Positions 32,588 through 44,440 of a DNA stretch of 64,000 nucleotides are shown piece by piece. The DNA is from Escherichia coli. Its GTDB lineage: Bacteria; Pseudomonadota; Gammaproteobacteria; Enterobacterales; Enterobacteriaceae. Every line of letters starts with the position of its first letter. The stretch's first letter is position 1. The position numbers were made by a program, and so were the translations under genes. The notes under the pieces are model-generated. The model was not told the DNA's origin. It was given only the letters and a program-made list of their open reading frames with translations, and made no database searches. The stretch lies in assembly GCF_013315695.1 (NCBI RefSeq), contig NZ_CP054353.1. The stretch is one strand, 5' to 3'.

Positions 32588-33982
32588 ATGACAAATCTAA
32601 AAAAGCGCGAGCGAGCGAAAACCAATGCATCGTTAATCTCTATGGTGCAACGCTTTTCAGATATCACCATCATGTTTGCCGGGCTATGGCTGGTTTGCGA
32701 AGTGAGCGGACTGTCATTCCTCTACATGCACCTGTTGGTGGCGCTGATTACGCTGGTGGTGTTCCAGATGCTGGGCGGCATCACCGATTTTTATCGCTCA
32801 TGGCGCGGTGTTCGGGCAGCGACAGAATTTGCCCTGCTGCTACAAAACTGGACCTTAAGCGTGATTTTCAGCGCCGGACTGGTGGCGTTCAACAATGATT
32901 TCGACACGCAACTGAAAATCTGGCTGGCGTGGTATGGGCTGACCAGTATCGGACTGGTGGTTTGCCGTTCATGTATTCGCATTGGGGCGGGCTGGCTGCG
33001 TAATCATGGCTATAACAAGCGCATGGTCGCCGTAGCGGGGGATTTAGCCGCCGGACAAATGCTGATGGAGAGCTTCCGTAATCAGCCGTGGTTAGGGTTT
33101 GAAGTGGTGGGCGTATACCACGACCCAAAACCGGGCGGCGTTTCTAACGACTGGGCGGGCAATCTGCAACAACTGGTCGAGGATGCGAAAGCGGGCAAGA
33201 TTCATAACGTCTATATCGCGATGCAGATGTGCGACGGCGCGCGAGTGAAAAAACTGGTCCATCAACTGGCGGACACCACCTGTTCGGTGCTGCTGATCCC
33301 CGATGTCTTTACCTTCAACATTCTCCATTCACGCCTCGAAGAGATGAATGGCGTACCGGTGGTGCCGCTGTATGACACGCCGCTTTCCGGGGTTAACCGC
33401 CTGCTCAAACGTGCGGAAGACATTGTGCTGGCGACGCTTATCCTGCTGCTGATCTCCCCGGTGCTGTGCTGCATTGCGCTGGCGGTGAAACTGAGCTCAC
33501 CGGGGCCGGTTATTTTCCGCCAGACTCGCTACGGCATGGATGGCAAACCGATCAAAGTGTGGAAGTTCCGATCCATGAAAGTGATGGAGAACGACAAAGT
33601 GGTGACTCAGGCGACGCAGAACGATCCGCGCGTCACCAAAGTGGGGAACTTTCTGCGCCGCACCTCGCTGGACGAATTGCCGCAGTTTATCAATGTGCTG
33701 ACTGGCGGGATGTCGATTGTCGGTCCACGTCCGCACGCGGTGGCGCATAACGAACAGTATCGACAGCTCATTGAAGGCTACATGCTGCGCCATAAGGTGA
33801 AACCGGGCATTACCGGCTGGGCGCAGATTAATGGCTGGCGTGGCGAAACCGACACGCTGGAGAAAATGGAAAAACGCGTCGAGTTCGACCTTGAGTACAT
33901 CCGCGAATGGAGCGTCTGGTTCGATATCAAAATCGTTTTCCTGACGGTATTCAAGGGCTTCGTTAACAAAGCGGCATATTGA
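32588..33982 (+). CDS. wcaJ: UDP-glucose:undecaprenyl-phosphate glucose-1-phosphate transferase (colanic acid initiating enzyme)
   Basis: 464-aa ORF, polyprenyl glycosylphosphotransferase family; synteny. Confidence 0.93.
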   Translation: MTNLKKRERAKTNASLISMVQRFSDITIMFAGLWLVCEVSGLSFLYMHLLVALITLVVFQMLGGITDFYRSWRGVRAATEFALLLQNWTLSVIFSAGLVAFNNDFDTQLKIWLAWYGLTSIGLVVCRSCIRIGAGWLRNHGYNKRMVAVAGDLAAGQMLMESFRNQPWLGFEVVGVYHDPKPGGVSNDWAGNLQQLVEDAKAGKIHNVYIAMQMCDGARVKKLVHQLADTTCSVLLIPDVFTFNILHSRLEEMNGVPVVPLYDTPLSGVNRLLKRAEDIVLATLILLLISPVLCCIALAVKLSSPGPVIFRQTRYGMDGKPIKVWKFRSMKVMENDKVVTQATQNDPRVTKVGNFLRRTSLDELPQFINVLTGGMSIVGPRPHAVAHNEQYRQLIEGYMLRHKVKPGITGWAQINGWRGETDTLEKMEKRVEFDLEYIREWSVWFDIKIVFLTVFKGFVNKAAY

Positions 33983-33983
33983 T

Positions 33984-35462
33984 ATGAGCTTACGTGAAAA
34001 AACCATCAGCGGCGCGAAGTGGTCGGCGATTGCCACGGTGATCATCATCGGCCTCGGGCTGGTGCAGATGACCGTGCTGGCGCGGATTATCGACAACCAC
34101 CAGTTCGGCCTGCTTACCGTGTCGCTGGTGATTATCGCGCTGGCAGATACGCTTTCTGACTTCGGTATCGCTAACTCGATTATTCAGCGAAAAGAAATCA
34201 GTCACCTGGAACTTACCACGTTGTACTGGCTGAACGTCGGGCTGGGGCTTGTGGTGTGCGTGGCGGTGTTTTTGTTGAGTGATCTCATTGGTGACGTGCT
34301 GAACAACCCAGACCTGGCACCGTTGATTAAAATATTGTCGCTGGCGTTTGTGGTGATCCCCCACGGACAGCAGTTCCGCGCGTTGATGCAAAAAGAGCTG
34401 GAGTTCAACAAAATCGGCATGATCGAAACCAGCGCGGTGCTGGCGGGCTTCACTTTTACGGTGGTTAGCGCCCATTTCTGGCCACTGGCGATGACCGCGA
34501 TCCTCGGTTATCTGGTCAATAGTGCGGTAAGAACGCTGCTGTTTGGCTACTTTGGTCGCAAAATTTATCGCCCCGGTCTGCATTTCTCGCTGGCGTCGGT
34601 GGCACCGAACTTACGCTTTGGTGCCTGGCTGACGGCGGACAGCATCATCAACTATCTCAATACCAACCTTTCAACGCTGGTGCTGGCGCGTATTCTCGGC
34701 GCGGGCGTGGCAGGGGGATACAACCTGGCGTACAACGTGGCCGTTGTGCCGCCGATGAAGCTGAACCCAATCATCACCCGCGTGTTGTTTCCGGCATTTG
34801 CCAAAATTCAGGACGACACCGAAAAGCTGCGCGTTAACTTCTACAAGCTGCTGTCGGTAGTGGGGATTATCAACTTTCCGGCGCTGCTGGGGCTGATGGT
34901 GGTGTCGAATAACTGTGTACCGCTGGTCTTTGGTGAGAAGTGGAACAGCATTATTCCGGTGCTGCAATTGCTGTGTGTGGTGGGGCTGCTGCGCTCAGTG
35001 GGGAACCCGATTGGTTCGCTGCTGATGGCGAAAGCGCGGGTCGATATCAGCTTTAAATTCAACGTATTCAAAACCTTTATGTTTATTCCGGCGATTGTTA
35101 TTGGTGGGCAGATGGCGGGCGCAATCGGCGTCACGCTTGGTTTCCTGCTGGTGCAGATTATCAACACCATTCTGAGCTATTTCGTGATGATTAAACCGGT
35201 GCTCGGTTCCAGTTATCGTCAGTACATCCTGAGTTTGTGGCTGCCGTTTTATCTCTCGCTGCCGACACTGGTGGTCAGTTATGCGCTGGGCCTATTGCTG
35301 AAAGGGCAACTGGCGCTGGGGATGCTGCTGGCGGTGCAAATAGCCGCGGGCGTGCTGGCGTTTGTGGTGATGATTGTGCTGTCGCGCCATCCGCTGGTGG
35401 TGGAAGTGAAGCGTCAGTTTTGTCGCAGCGAAAAAATGAAAATGCTTTTACGGGCGGGGTGA
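33984..35462 (+). CDS. wzxC: Colanic acid repeat-unit flippase WzxC
   Basis: 492-aa polytopic membrane ORF; synteny. Confidence 0.93.
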   Translation: MSLREKTISGAKWSAIATVIIIGLGLVQMTVLARIIDNHQFGLLTVSLVIIALADTLSDFGIANSIIQRKEISHLELTTLYWLNVGLGLVVCVAVFLLSDLIGDVLNNPDLAPLIKILSLAFVVIPHGQQFRALMQKELEFNKIGMIETSAVLAGFTFTVVSAHFWPLAMTAILGYLVNSAVRTLLFGYFGRKIYRPGLHFSLASVAPNLRFGAWLTADSIINYLNTNLSTLVLARILGAGVAGGYNLAYNVAVVPPMKLNPIITRVLFPAFAKIQDDTEKLRVNFYKLLSVVGIINFPALLGLMVVSNNCVPLVFGEKWNSIIPVLQLLCVVGLLRSVGNPIGSLLMAKARVDISFKFNVFKTFMFIPAIVIGGQMAGAIGVTLGFLLVQIINTILSYFVMIKPVLGSSYRQYILSLWLPFYLSLPTLVVSYALGLLLKGQLALGMLLAVQIAAGVLAFVVMIVLSRHPLVVEVKRQFCRSEKMKMLLRAG

Positions 35463-35474
35463 ATGGCTATCCCC

Positions 35475-35545
35475 GTAAGGTCGTGCGCATTTTCCCCCTC
35501 ACCCTAACCCTCTCCCCAGGGGGCGAGGGGACTGATCGAGCACAG
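35475..35545. repeat. REP-like interspersed element carrying the CCCTCACCCTAACCCTCTCCCC motif
   Basis: Sequence ...CCCCCTCACCCTAACCCTCTCCCCAGGGGGCGAGGGGACTG...; a related motif (CTCCCTAACCCTCACTCC) occurs in the sib repeat units at about 600-650 and 940-975. Confidence 0.4.
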
Positions 35546-35623
35546 CTTTGAATATGTCACCGGTTTAACTCTTAATCATCAACCATAGCACCGACGCAAT
35601 TTAGAACTCCTTTTGAGGTCATA

Positions 35624-36904
35624 ATGAAATTACTTATTCTGGGCAACCACACTTGCGGCAATCGTGGCGACAGCGCCATCCTGCGCGGCTTACTTGATGC
35701 CATCAACATCCTCAATCCACACGCCGAAGTGGACGTGATGAGCCGCTATCCGGTCAGTTCTTCCTGGCTGCTCAACCGCCCGGTAATGGGCGATCCGCTG
35801 TTCCTGCAAATGAAAAAACACAACAGCGCGGCGGGCGTTGTCGGGCGCGTTAAAAAAGTCCTCCGTCGCCGCTATCAGCATCAGGTATTGCTCTCACGCG
35901 TCACCGACACTGGCAAGCTGCGTAATATCGCCATCGCCCAGGGATTCACTGACTTCGTGCGCCTGCTGTCAGGTTACGACGCCATTATTCAGGTCGGCGG
36001 ATCGTTTTTTGTCGATCTCTACGGCGTGCCGCAGTTTGAACACGCGCTTTGCACTTTCATGGCGAAAAAGCCGCTATTTATGATTGGTCACAGCGTTGGT
36101 CCATTCCAGGATGAGCAATTTAACCAACTGGCGAACTACGTTTTTGGTCACTGCGACGCGCTGATCCTGCGCGAATCGGTCAGCCTTGAACTGATGAAAC
36201 GCAGCAATATCACCACCGCAAAAGTCGAACATGGCGTCGATACTGCGTGGCTGGTCGATCACCACACAGAAGACTTCACCGCCAGCTATGCCGTTCAACA
36301 CTGGCTGGACGTTGCCGCACAACAGAAAACGGTAGCAATTACCCTGCGCGAACTGGCACCGTTCGACAAACGTCTCGGCACCACTCAGCAAGCGTATGAA
36401 AAAGCCTTTGCCGGGGTGGTCAATCGCATTCTCGACGAAGGGTATCAGGTGATTGCGCTTTCCACCTGTACGGGCATCGACAGCTATAACAAAGACGACC
36501 GCATGGTGGCGCTCAATCTTCGCCAGCACATCAGCGATCCTGCCCGTTACCACGTGGTGATGGATGAACTCAACGATCTGGAAATGGGCAAAATTCTGGG
36601 GGCCTGTGAACTCACCGTCGGTACGCGCCTGCACTCTGCCATTATCTCGATGAACTTTGCCACTCCGGCGATTGCCATCAACTATGAACATAAATCCGCC
36701 GGGATTATGCAACAACTGGGGCTACCAGAGATGGCAATTGATATCCGTCATTTATTAGACGGCAGCCTGCAAGCGATGGTTGCGGATACCTTAGGCCAGC
36801 TTCCGGCACTGAACACGCGACTTAACGAAGCCGTCAGTCGCGAACGTCAGACGGGAATGCAGATGGTGAAATCTGTGCTTGAACGCATCGGGGAGGCGAA
36901 ATGA
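35624..36904 (+). CDS. wcaK: Colanic acid biosynthesis pyruvyl transferase WcaK
   Basis: 426-aa ORF; synteny. Confidence 0.93.
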   Translation: MKLLILGNHTCGNRGDSAILRGLLDAINILNPHAEVDVMSRYPVSSSWLLNRPVMGDPLFLQMKKHNSAAGVVGRVKKVLRRRYQHQVLLSRVTDTGKLRNIAIAQGFTDFVRLLSGYDAIIQVGGSFFVDLYGVPQFEHALCTFMAKKPLFMIGHSVGPFQDEQFNQLANYVFGHCDALILRESVSLELMKRSNITTAKVEHGVDTAWLVDHHTEDFTASYAVQHWLDVAAQQKTVAITLRELAPFDKRLGTTQQAYEKAFAGVVNRILDEGYQVIALSTCTGIDSYNKDDRMVALNLRQHISDPARYHVVMDELNDLEMGKILGACELTVGTRLHSAIISMNFATPAIAINYEHKSAGIMQQLGLPEMAIDIRHLLDGSLQAMVADTLGQLPALNTRLNEAVSRERQTGMQMVKSVLERIGEAK

Positions 36905-38121
36905 AGGTCGGCTTCTTTTTACTGAAATTTCCACTGTCGTCGGAAACCTTCGTCCTCAATCAAATTACCGCGTTTATTGATATGGGCTTTGAGGTGGAGA
37001 TTGTCGCGCTGCAAAAAGGCGACACACAAAACACCCACGCGGCATGGACAAAATATAACCTTGCCGCCAGAACCCGCTGGTTACAGGACGAGCCACAAGG
37101 CAAAGTGGCGAAACTGCGCCACCGCGCCAGCCAGACGTTGCGCGGTATTCATCGTAAAAATACCTGGCAGGCGCTTAACCTCAAACGCTATGGTGCTGAG
37201 TCGCGGAACCTGATTTTGTCTGCCATTTGCGGCCAGGTCGCAACACCGTTTCATGCCGATGTGTTTATCGCTCATTTTGGCCCTGCTGGGGTAACCGCGG
37301 CAAAACTACGCGAACTGGGTGTCATTCGCGGCAAAATTGCCACTATCTTCCACGGTATTGATATCTCCAGTCGGGAAGTGCTCAACCACTACACTCCCGA
37401 ATATCAACAACTGTTTCGCCGTGGCGACCTGATGTTACCAATAAGCAATCTGTGGGCCGGAAGGCTGCAAAAAATGGGCTGCCCGAGGGAAAAAATCGCC
37501 GTATCGCGCATGGGCGTGGACATGACGCGTTTTAGCCCGCGTCCGGTGAAAGCGCCCGCAACGCCGCTGGAAATCATCTCCGTCGCACGCTTAACCGAGA
37601 AAAAAGGCCTGCATGTGGCGATTGAAGCCTGCCGCCAGTTGAAAGAGCAGGGCGTGGCATTTCGCTATCGCATCCTCGGCATTGGCCCGTGGGAACGACG
37701 CCTGCGCACCCTCATCGAACAATATCAACTGGAAGATGTGATAGAGATGCCGGGCTTTAAACCGAGCCATGAAGTGAAAGCGATGCTCGATGACGCGGAT
37801 GTCTTCCTGTTGCCATCGGTTACAGGTGCGGATGGCGATATGGAAGGTATTCCGGTGGCGCTAATGGAAGCGATGGCGGTTGGCATTCCGGTTGTTTCTA
37901 CTCTGCACAGCGGAATACCGGAACTGGTGGAGGCCGATAAATCCGGTTGGCTGGTGCCTGAGAACGATGCCTGTGCACTGGCGCAACGACTGGCGGCGTT
38001 TAGCCAACTGGACACCGACGAACTTACTACGGTTGTCAAACGTGCGCGCGAAAAAGTCGAACACGATTTTAACCAGCAGGTGATCAATCGAGAACTCGCC
38101 AGCTTGCTGCAGGCTTTATAG
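36901..38121 (+). CDS. wcaL: Colanic acid biosynthesis glycosyltransferase WcaL (GT4)
   Basis: 406-aa ORF; synteny. Confidence 0.93.
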   Translation: MKVGFFLLKFPLSSETFVLNQITAFIDMGFEVEIVALQKGDTQNTHAAWTKYNLAARTRWLQDEPQGKVAKLRHRASQTLRGIHRKNTWQALNLKRYGAESRNLILSAICGQVATPFHADVFIAHFGPAGVTAAKLRELGVIRGKIATIFHGIDISSREVLNHYTPEYQQLFRRGDLMLPISNLWAGRLQKMGCPREKIAVSRMGVDMTRFSPRPVKAPATPLEIISVARLTEKKGLHVAIEACRQLKEQGVAFRYRILGIGPWERRLRTLIEQYQLEDVIEMPGFKPSHEVKAMLDDADVFLLPSVTGADGDMEGIPVALMEAMAVGIPVVSTLHSGIPELVEADKSGWLVPENDACALAQRLAAFSQLDTDELTTVVKRAREKVEHDFNQQVINRELASLLQAL

Positions 38122-38131
38122 AGGAGAACGT

Positions 38132-39526
38132 ATGCCATTTAAAAAACTCTCCCGACGCACCTTCCTGACGGCAAGCTCGGCGCTTGCCTTCCTCCATACC
38201 CCTTTCGCTCGCGCGCTTCCCGCCCGACAAATCGTTAACATTAACGACTACAACCCACACGACTGGATCGCCTCATTTAAACAAGCCTTCAGCGAAGGGC
38301 AAACGGTCGTCGTGCCTGCCGGATTCGTTTGTGAAAATATCAACACCGGCATCTTCATTCCTCCTGGCAAAACGTTGCACATCCTTGGAAGCCTGCGCGG
38401 CAACGGCAGAGGGCGTTTTGTCTTACAAGACGGCAGCCAGGTGACAGGGGAGAAGGGCGGCCGTATGCATAACATCACCCTGGATGTGCGCGGTTCTGAC
38501 TGCATCATCAAAGGGTTGGCGATGAGCGGTTTTGGCCCGGTAACGCAGATTTATATCGGCGGCAAAAATAAACGCGTCATGCGCAACTTGACCATCGATA
38601 ACCTGACCGTCAGCCACGCTAATTACGCCATTTTACGCCAGGGATTTCATAACCAGATTATCGGTGCCAACATCACCAATTGTAAGTTCAGCGACTTACA
38701 GGGCGACGCCATTGAATGGAATGTAGCAATCAATGATCGCGACATTTTGATATCCGACCATGTCATCGAGCGCATCAACTGTACTAACGGCAAAATCAAC
38801 TGGGGTATTGGCATAGGACTGGCAGGAAGTACTTACGATAATAATTATCCGGAAAACCAGGCAGTGAAAAACTTTGTCGTTGCGAATATCACGGGATCAG
38901 ATTGTCGGCAACTGATCCATGTTGAAAATGGTAAACATTTTGTTATCCGTAATATCAAAGCTCGTAATATCACGCCGGATTTCAGTAAGAAAGCAGGTAT
39001 TGATAACGCCACAGTTGCTATTTATGGTTGTGACAACTTTGTGATTGATAATATTGAAATGATTAATAGTGCCGGGATGTTAATCGGCTATGGGGTAATT
39101 AAAGGCAAATATCTCTCGATACCGCAGAATTTCCGAGTGAATGATATTCAACTGGATAATACTCATCTTGCTTATAAATTGCGCGGCATCCAAATCTCCG
39201 CCGGGAATGCTGTCTCCTTTGTGGCGCTGACTAACATTGAGATGAAGCGTGCGTCGCTGGAGTTACACAACAAACCGCAACATCTTTTTATGCGAAATAT
39301 CAATGTGATGCAGGAATCCTCAGTTGGACCCGCATTGAGCATGAACTTTGACATGCGCAAAGACGTTCGCGGCGTGTTTATGGCGAAAAAAGAAACACTG
39401 CTGTCTCTTGCAAATGTTCATGCGGTGAATGAAAAAGGACAAATCTCCGTCGATATCGACAGGATTAATCACCATATTGTTAATGTGGAGAAGATTAACT
39501 TTAGATTGCCAGAACGGAGGGAGTAG
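38132..39526 (+). CDS. wcaM: Colanic acid biosynthesis protein WcaM (secreted, beta-helix-like)
   Basis: 464-aa ORF with twin-arginine-like signal ([15 protein letters not shown]); synteny. Confidence 0.92.
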   Translation: MPFKKLSRRTFLTASSALAFLHTPFARALPARQIVNINDYNPHDWIASFKQAFSEGQTVVVPAGFVCENINTGIFIPPGKTLHILGSLRGNGRGRFVLQDGSQVTGEKGGRMHNITLDVRGSDCIIKGLAMSGFGPVTQIYIGGKNKRVMRNLTIDNLTVSHANYAILRQGFHNQIIGANITNCKFSDLQGDAIEWNVAINDRDILISDHVIERINCTNGKINWGIGIGLAGSTYDNNYPENQAVKNFVVANITGSDCRQLIHVENGKHFVIRNIKARNITPDFSKKAGIDNATVAIYGCDNFVIDNIEMINSAGMLIGYGVIKGKYLSIPQNFRVNDIQLDNTHLAYKLRGIQISAGNAVSFVALTNIEMKRASLELHNKPQHLFMRNINVMQESSVGPALSMNFDMRKDVRGVFMAKKETLLSLANVHAVNEKGQISVDIDRINHHIVNVEKINFRLPERRE

Positions 39527-39700
39527 ATTTGCGACCATTCCTGGAAAAATGGAGTCATACTTAGGAACAATGCTACTGCAATCCACAACGAAGCGGCGTA
39601 ACATCACAAGTAATTCAGTAATCAATTCAGGGTAATTGATGCTGGCGAAAAAAATCGAACAAGCTATAATTCAGCAACCATTTTACAGGTGGATGAAATA

Positions 39701-40594
39701 ATGACGAATTTAAAAGCAGTTATTCCTGTAGCGGGTCTTGGGATGCATATGTTGCCTGCCACTAAGGCGATTCCCAAAGAGATGCTACCGATCGTCGACA
39801 AGCCAATGATTCAGTACATCGTTGACGAGATTGTGGCTGCAGGGATCAAAGAAATCCTCCTGGTAACTCACGCTTCCAAGAACGCGGTCGAAAACCACTT
39901 CGACACCTCTTATGAATTAGAATCTCTCCTTGAACAGCGCGTGAAGCGTCAACTGCTGGCGGAAGTACAGTCCATTTGCCCGCCGGGCGTGACAATTATG
40001 AACGTGCGTCAGGGCGAACCTTTAGGTTTGGGCCACTCCATTTTATGTGCACGACCTGCCATTGGTGACAATCCATTTGTCGTGGTGCTGCCAGACGTTG
40101 TGATCGACGACGCCAGCGCCGACCCGCTGCGCTACAACCTTGCTGCCATGATTGCGCGCTTCAACGAAACGGGCCGCAGCCAGGTGCTGGCAAAACGTAT
40201 GCCGGGTGACCTCTCTGAATACTCTGTCATCCAGACCAAAGAGCCGCTGGACCGCGAAGGTAAAGTCAGCCGCATTGTTGAATTCATCGAAAAACCGGAT
40301 CAGCCGCAGACGCTGGACTCAGACATCATGGCCGTTGGTCGCTATGTGCTTTCTGCCGATATTTGGCCGGAACTGGAACGCACGCAGCCTGGTGCATGGG
40401 GGCGTATTCAGCTGACTGATGCCATTGCCGAACTGGCGAAAAAACAGTCCGTTGATGCCATGCTGATGACCGGCGACAGCTACGACTGCGGTAAAAAAAT
40501 GGGTTATATGCAAGCGTTCGTGAAGTATGGACTACGCAACCTCAAAGAAGGGGCGAAGTTCCGTAAAGGGATTGAGAAGCTGTTAAGCGAATAA
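39701..40594 (+). CDS. galF: UTP-glucose-1-phosphate uridylyltransferase regulatory paralogue GalF
   Basis: ORF track starts at 39689; trimmed to ATG 39701 ([43 protein letters not shown]...), 297 aa. Confidence 0.95.
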   Translation: MTNLKAVIPVAGLGMHMLPATKAIPKEMLPIVDKPMIQYIVDEIVAAGIKEILLVTHASKNAVENHFDTSYELESLLEQRVKRQLLAEVQSICPPGVTIMNVRQGEPLGLGHSILCARPAIGDNPFVVVLPDVVIDDASADPLRYNLAAMIARFNETGRSQVLAKRMPGDLSEYSVIQTKEPLDREGKVSRIVEFIEKPDQPQTLDSDIMAVGRYVLSADIWPELERTQPGAWGRIQLTDAIAELAKKQSVDAMLMTGDSYDCGKKMGYMQAFVKYGLRNLKEGAKFRKGIEKLLSE

Positions 40595-40851
40595 TGAAAA
40601 TCTGACCGGATGTAACGGTTGATAAGAAAATTATAACGGCAGTGAAGATTAGCGGCGAAAGTAATTTGTCGCGAATTTTCCTGCCGTTGTTTTATATAAA
40701 CAATCAGAATAACAACGACTTAGCAATAGGATTTTAGTCAAAGTTTTCCAGGATTTTCCTTGTTTCCAGAGCGGATTGGTAAGACAATTAGCGCTTGAAT
40801 TTTTCGAGTTAAGCGCGAGTGGGTAACGCTCGTCACATCGTAGGAATGCAT

Positions 40852-40891
40852 GCAGTGCTCTGGTAGCTGTAAAGCCAGGGGCGGTAGCGTG
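40852..40891 (+). promoter_or_regulatory. JUMPstart element with ops site (GGCGGTAGCGTG) in the O-antigen operon leader
   Basis: GCAGTGCTCTGGTAGCTGTAAAGCCAGGGGCGGTAGCGTG about 75 bp upstream of rmlB. Confidence 0.8.
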
Positions 40892-40966
40892 CATTAATAC
40901 CTCTATTAATCAAACTGAGAGCCGCTTATTTCACAGCATGCTCTGAAGTAATATGGAATAAATTAA

Positions 40967-42052
40967 GTGAAGATACTTGTTACTGGGGGCGCAGGATTTA
41001 TTGGTTCTGCTGTAGTTCGTCACATTATAAATAATACGCAGGATAGTGTTGTTAATGTCGATAAATTAACGTACGCCGGAAACCTGGAATCACTTGCTGA
41101 TGTTTCTGACTCTGAACGCTATGTTTTTGAACATGCGGATATTTGCGATGCTGCTGCAATGGCGCGGATTTTTGCTCAGCATCAGCCGGATGCAGTGATG
41201 CACCTGGCTGCTGAAAGCCATGTGGATCGTTCAATTACAGGCCCTGCGGCATTTATTGAAACCAATATTGTTGGTACTTATGTCCTTTTGGAAGCGGCTC
41301 GCAATTACTGGTCTGCTCTTGATGGCGACAAGAAAAATAGCTTCCGTTTTCATCATATTTCTACTGACGAAGTCTATGGTGATTTGCCTCATCCTGACGA
41401 AGTAAATAATAAAGAACAATTACCCCTCTTTACTGAGACGACAGCTTACGCGCCTAGTAGTCCTTATTCCGCATCAAAAGCATCCAGCGATCATTTAGTC
41501 CGCGCGTGGAAACGTACCTATGGTTTACCGACTATTGTGACTAACTGTTCGAATAACTACGGTCCTTATCACTTTCCGGAAAAATTGATTCCACTAGTAA
41601 TTCTTAATGCTCTGGAAGGTAAGGCATTACCTATTTATGGCAAAGGGGATCAAATTCGTGACTGGCTGTATGTTGAAGATCATGCGCGTGCGTTATATAC
41701 CGTAGTTACTGAAGGTCAAGCGGGTGAAACCTATAACATTGGCGGACACAACGAAAAGAAAAACATCGATGTTGTGCTGACTATTTGTGATTTGTTGGAC
41801 GAGATAGTCCCGAAAGAGAAATCTTATCGTGAGCAAATTACTTATGTTGCTGATCGCCCAGGGCATGATCGCCGTTATGCGATTGATGCTGAGAAGATTG
41901 GTCGCGAATTGGGATGGAAACCACAGGAAACGTTTGAGAGTGGGATTCGTAAAACGGTGGAATGGTATTTGGCTAATGCAAAATGGGTTGATAATGTGAA
42001 AAGTGGTGCCTATCAATCGTGGATTGAACAGAACTATGAGGGCCGCCAGTAA
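40967..42052 (+). CDS. rfbB: dTDP-glucose 4,6-dehydratase
   Basis: 361-aa ORF, GTG start, (M)[20 protein letters not shown]..., recognised as RmlB. Confidence 0.95.
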   Translation: MKILVTGGAGFIGSAVVRHIINNTQDSVVNVDKLTYAGNLESLADVSDSERYVFEHADICDAAAMARIFAQHQPDAVMHLAAESHVDRSITGPAAFIETNIVGTYVLLEAARNYWSALDGDKKNSFRFHHISTDEVYGDLPHPDEVNNKEQLPLFTETTAYAPSSPYSASKASSDHLVRAWKRTYGLPTIVTNCSNNYGPYHFPEKLIPLVILNALEGKALPIYGKGDQIRDWLYVEDHARALYTVVTEGQAGETYNIGGHNEKKNIDVVLTICDLLDEIVPKEKSYREQITYVADRPGHDRRYAIDAEKIGRELGWKPQETFESGIRKTVEWYLANAKWVDNVKSGAYQSWIEQNYEGRQ

Positions 42053-42951
42053 TGAATATCCTCCTTTTTGGCAAAACAGGGCAGGTAGGTTGGGAACTAC
42101 AGCGTGCTCTGGCACCTCTGGGTAATTTGATTGCTCTTGATGTTCACTCCACTGATTACTGTGGTGATTTTAGTAACCCTGAAGGTGTGGCTGAAACAGT
42201 CAAAAGAATTCGACCTGATGTTATTGTTAATGCTGCGGCTCACACCGCAGTAGATAAGGCTGAGTCAGAACCCGAATTTGCACAATTACTCAATGCGACT
42301 AGCGTTGAATCAATTGCAAAAGCGGCAAATGAAGTTGGGGCTTGGGTAATTCATTACTCAACTGACTACGTATTCCCTGGAAATGGCGACACGCCATGGC
42401 TGGAGATGGATGCAACCGCACCGCTAAATGTTTACGGTGAAACCAAGTTAGCTGGAGAAAAAGCATTACAAGAGCATTGTGCGAAGCACCTAATTTTCCG
42501 TACCAGCTGGGTCTATGCAGGTAAAGGAAATAATTTCGCCAAAACGATGTTGCGTCTGGCAAAAGAGCGTGAAGAACTAGCCGTTATTAATGATCAGTTT
42601 GGTGCGCCAACAGGTGCTGAACTGCTGGCTGATTGTACGGCACATGCCATTCGTGTCGCACTGAATAAACCGGATGTCGCAGGCTTGTACCATTTGGTAG
42701 CCAGTGGTACCACAACCTGGTACGATTATGCTGCGCTGGTTTTTGAAGAGGCGCGCAATGCAGGCATTCCTCTTGCACTCAACAAGCTCAACGCAGTACC
42801 AACAACTGCCTATCCTACACCAGCTCGTCGTCCACATAACTCTCGCCTTAATACAGAAAAATTTCAGCAGAATTTTGCGCTTGTATTGCCTGACTGGCAG
42901 GTTGGTGTGAAACGCATGCTCAACGAATTATTTACGACTACAGCAATTTAA
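42052..42951 (+). CDS. rfbD: dTDP-4-dehydrorhamnose reductase
   Basis: 299-aa [23 protein letters not shown]...; start overlaps the rmlB stop. Confidence 0.95.
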   Translation: MNILLFGKTGQVGWELQRALAPLGNLIALDVHSTDYCGDFSNPEGVAETVKRIRPDVIVNAAAHTAVDKAESEPEFAQLLNATSVESIAKAANEVGAWVIHYSTDYVFPGNGDTPWLEMDATAPLNVYGETKLAGEKALQEHCAKHLIFRTSWVYAGKGNNFAKTMLRLAKEREELAVINDQFGAPTGAELLADCTAHAIRVALNKPDVAGLYHLVASGTTTWYDYAALVFEEARNAGIPLALNKLNAVPTTAYPTPARRPHNSRLNTEKFQQNFALVLPDWQVGVKRMLNELFTTTAI

Positions 42952-43008
42952 TAGTTTTTGCATCTTGTTCGTGATGGTGGAGCAAGATGAATTAAAAGGA
43001 ATGATGAA

Positions 43009-43887
43009 ATGAAAACGCGTAAAGGTATTATTTTAGCGGGTGGTTCTGGTACTCGTCTTTATCCTGTGACTATGGTCGTCAGTAAACAGCTATTACCTAT
43101 ATATGATAAACCGATGATCTATTATCCGCTTTCTACACTGATGTTAGCGGGTATTCGCGATATTCTGATTATTAGTACGCCACAGGATACTCCTCGTTTT
43201 CAACAACTGCTGGGTGACGGTAGCCAGTGGGGCCTGAATCTTCAGTACAAAGTGCAACCGAGTCCGGATGGTCTTGCGCAGGCATTTATTATCGGTGAAG
43301 AGTTTATTGGTGGTGATGATTGTGCTTTGGTACTTGGTGATAATATCTTCTACGGTCACGACCTGCCTAAGTTAATGGATGCCGCTGTTAACAAAGAAAG
43401 TGGTGCAACGGTATTTGCCTATCACGTTAATGATCCTGAACGCTATGGTGTCGTTGAGTTTGATAAAAACGGTACGGCGATCAGCCTGGAAGAAAAACCG
43501 CTACAACCAAAAAGTAATTATGCGGTAACCGGGCTTTATTTTTATGATAACGACGTTGTCGAAATGGCGAAAAATCTTAAGCCTTCTGCCCGCGGTGAAC
43601 TGGAAATTACCGATATTAACCGTATCTATATGGAACAAGGGCGTTTATCTGTTGCCATGATGGGGCGTGGTTATGCGTGGTTAGACACGGGGACACATCA
43701 GAGCCTGATTGAGGCAAGCAACTTTATTGCAACAATTGAAGAGCGTCAGGGGCTGAAAGTTTCCTGCCCGGAAGAAATTGCTTACCGTAAAGGGTTTGTT
43801 GATGCTGAGCAGGTGAAAGTATTAGCTGAACCTCTGAAAAAAAATGCTTATGGTCAGTATCTGCTGAAAATGATTAAAGGTTATTAA
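43009..43887 (+). CDS. rfbA: Glucose-1-phosphate thymidylyltransferase
   Basis: 292-aa [60 protein letters not shown]..., recognised as RmlA. Confidence 0.95.
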   Translation: MKTRKGIILAGGSGTRLYPVTMVVSKQLLPIYDKPMIYYPLSTLMLAGIRDILIISTPQDTPRFQQLLGDGSQWGLNLQYKVQPSPDGLAQAFIIGEEFIGGDDCALVLGDNIFYGHDLPKLMDAAVNKESGATVFAYHVNDPERYGVVEFDKNGTAISLEEKPLQPKSNYAVTGLYFYDNDVVEMAKNLKPSARGELEITDINRIYMEQGRLSVAMMGRGYAWLDTGTHQSLIEASNFIATIEERQGLKVSCPEEIAYRKGFVDAEQVKVLAEPLKKNAYGQYLLKMIKGY

Positions 43888-43891
43888 TAAA

Positions 43892-44440
43892 ATGAACGTA
43901 ATTAAAACAGAAATTCCTGATGTACTGATTTTTGAACCGAAAGTTTTTGGTGATGAGCGTGGTTTCTTTTTTGAGAGCTTTAACCAGAAGGTTTTTGAGG
44001 AAGCTGTAGGCCGCAAAGTTGAATTTGTTCAGGATAACCATTCGAAGTCTAGTAAAGGTGTTTTACGCGGGCTGCATTATCAGTTGGAACCTTATGCACA
44101 AGGAAAATTGGTGCGTTGCGTTGTCGGTGAAGTTTTTGACGTAGCTGTTGATATTCGTAAATCGTCATCGACTTTTGGCAAATGGGTTGGGGTGAATTTA
44201 TCTGCTGAGAATAAGCGGCAATTGTGGATTCCTGAGGGATTTGCACATGGTTTTTTAGTGCTGAGTGAGACGGCGGAGTTTTTGTATAAGACGACAAATT
44301 ATTATCATCCTCAGAGTGATAGAGGAATAAAATGGGATGATCCAAGCATCAATATTTCATGGCCAGTCGATTCACAAGTGCTGCTATCAGCTAAAGATAA
44401 TAAGCATCCTCCATTAACAAAGATTGAAATGTATAGTTAA
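43892..44440 (+). CDS. rfbC: dTDP-4-dehydrorhamnose 3,5-epimerase
   Basis: 182-aa ORF; RmlC family. Confidence 0.93.
   Translation: MNVIKTEIPDVLIFEPKVFGDERGFFFESFNQKVFEEAVGRKVEFVQDNHSKSSKGVLRGLHYQLEPYAQGKLVRCVVGEVFDVAVDIRKSSSTFGKWVGVNLSAENKRQLWIPEGFAHGFLVLSETAEFLYKTTNYYHPQSDRGIKWDDPSINISWPVDSQVLLSAKDNKHPPLTKIEMYS

Noticed and set aside
33497-34583. 199-aa and 197-aa minus-strand ORFs
   Set aside because: Antisense to wcaJ and wzxC; shadow ORFs in GC-rich coding sequence.
36074-36715. 213-aa minus-strand ORF
   Set aside because: Antisense to wcaK; shadow ORF.
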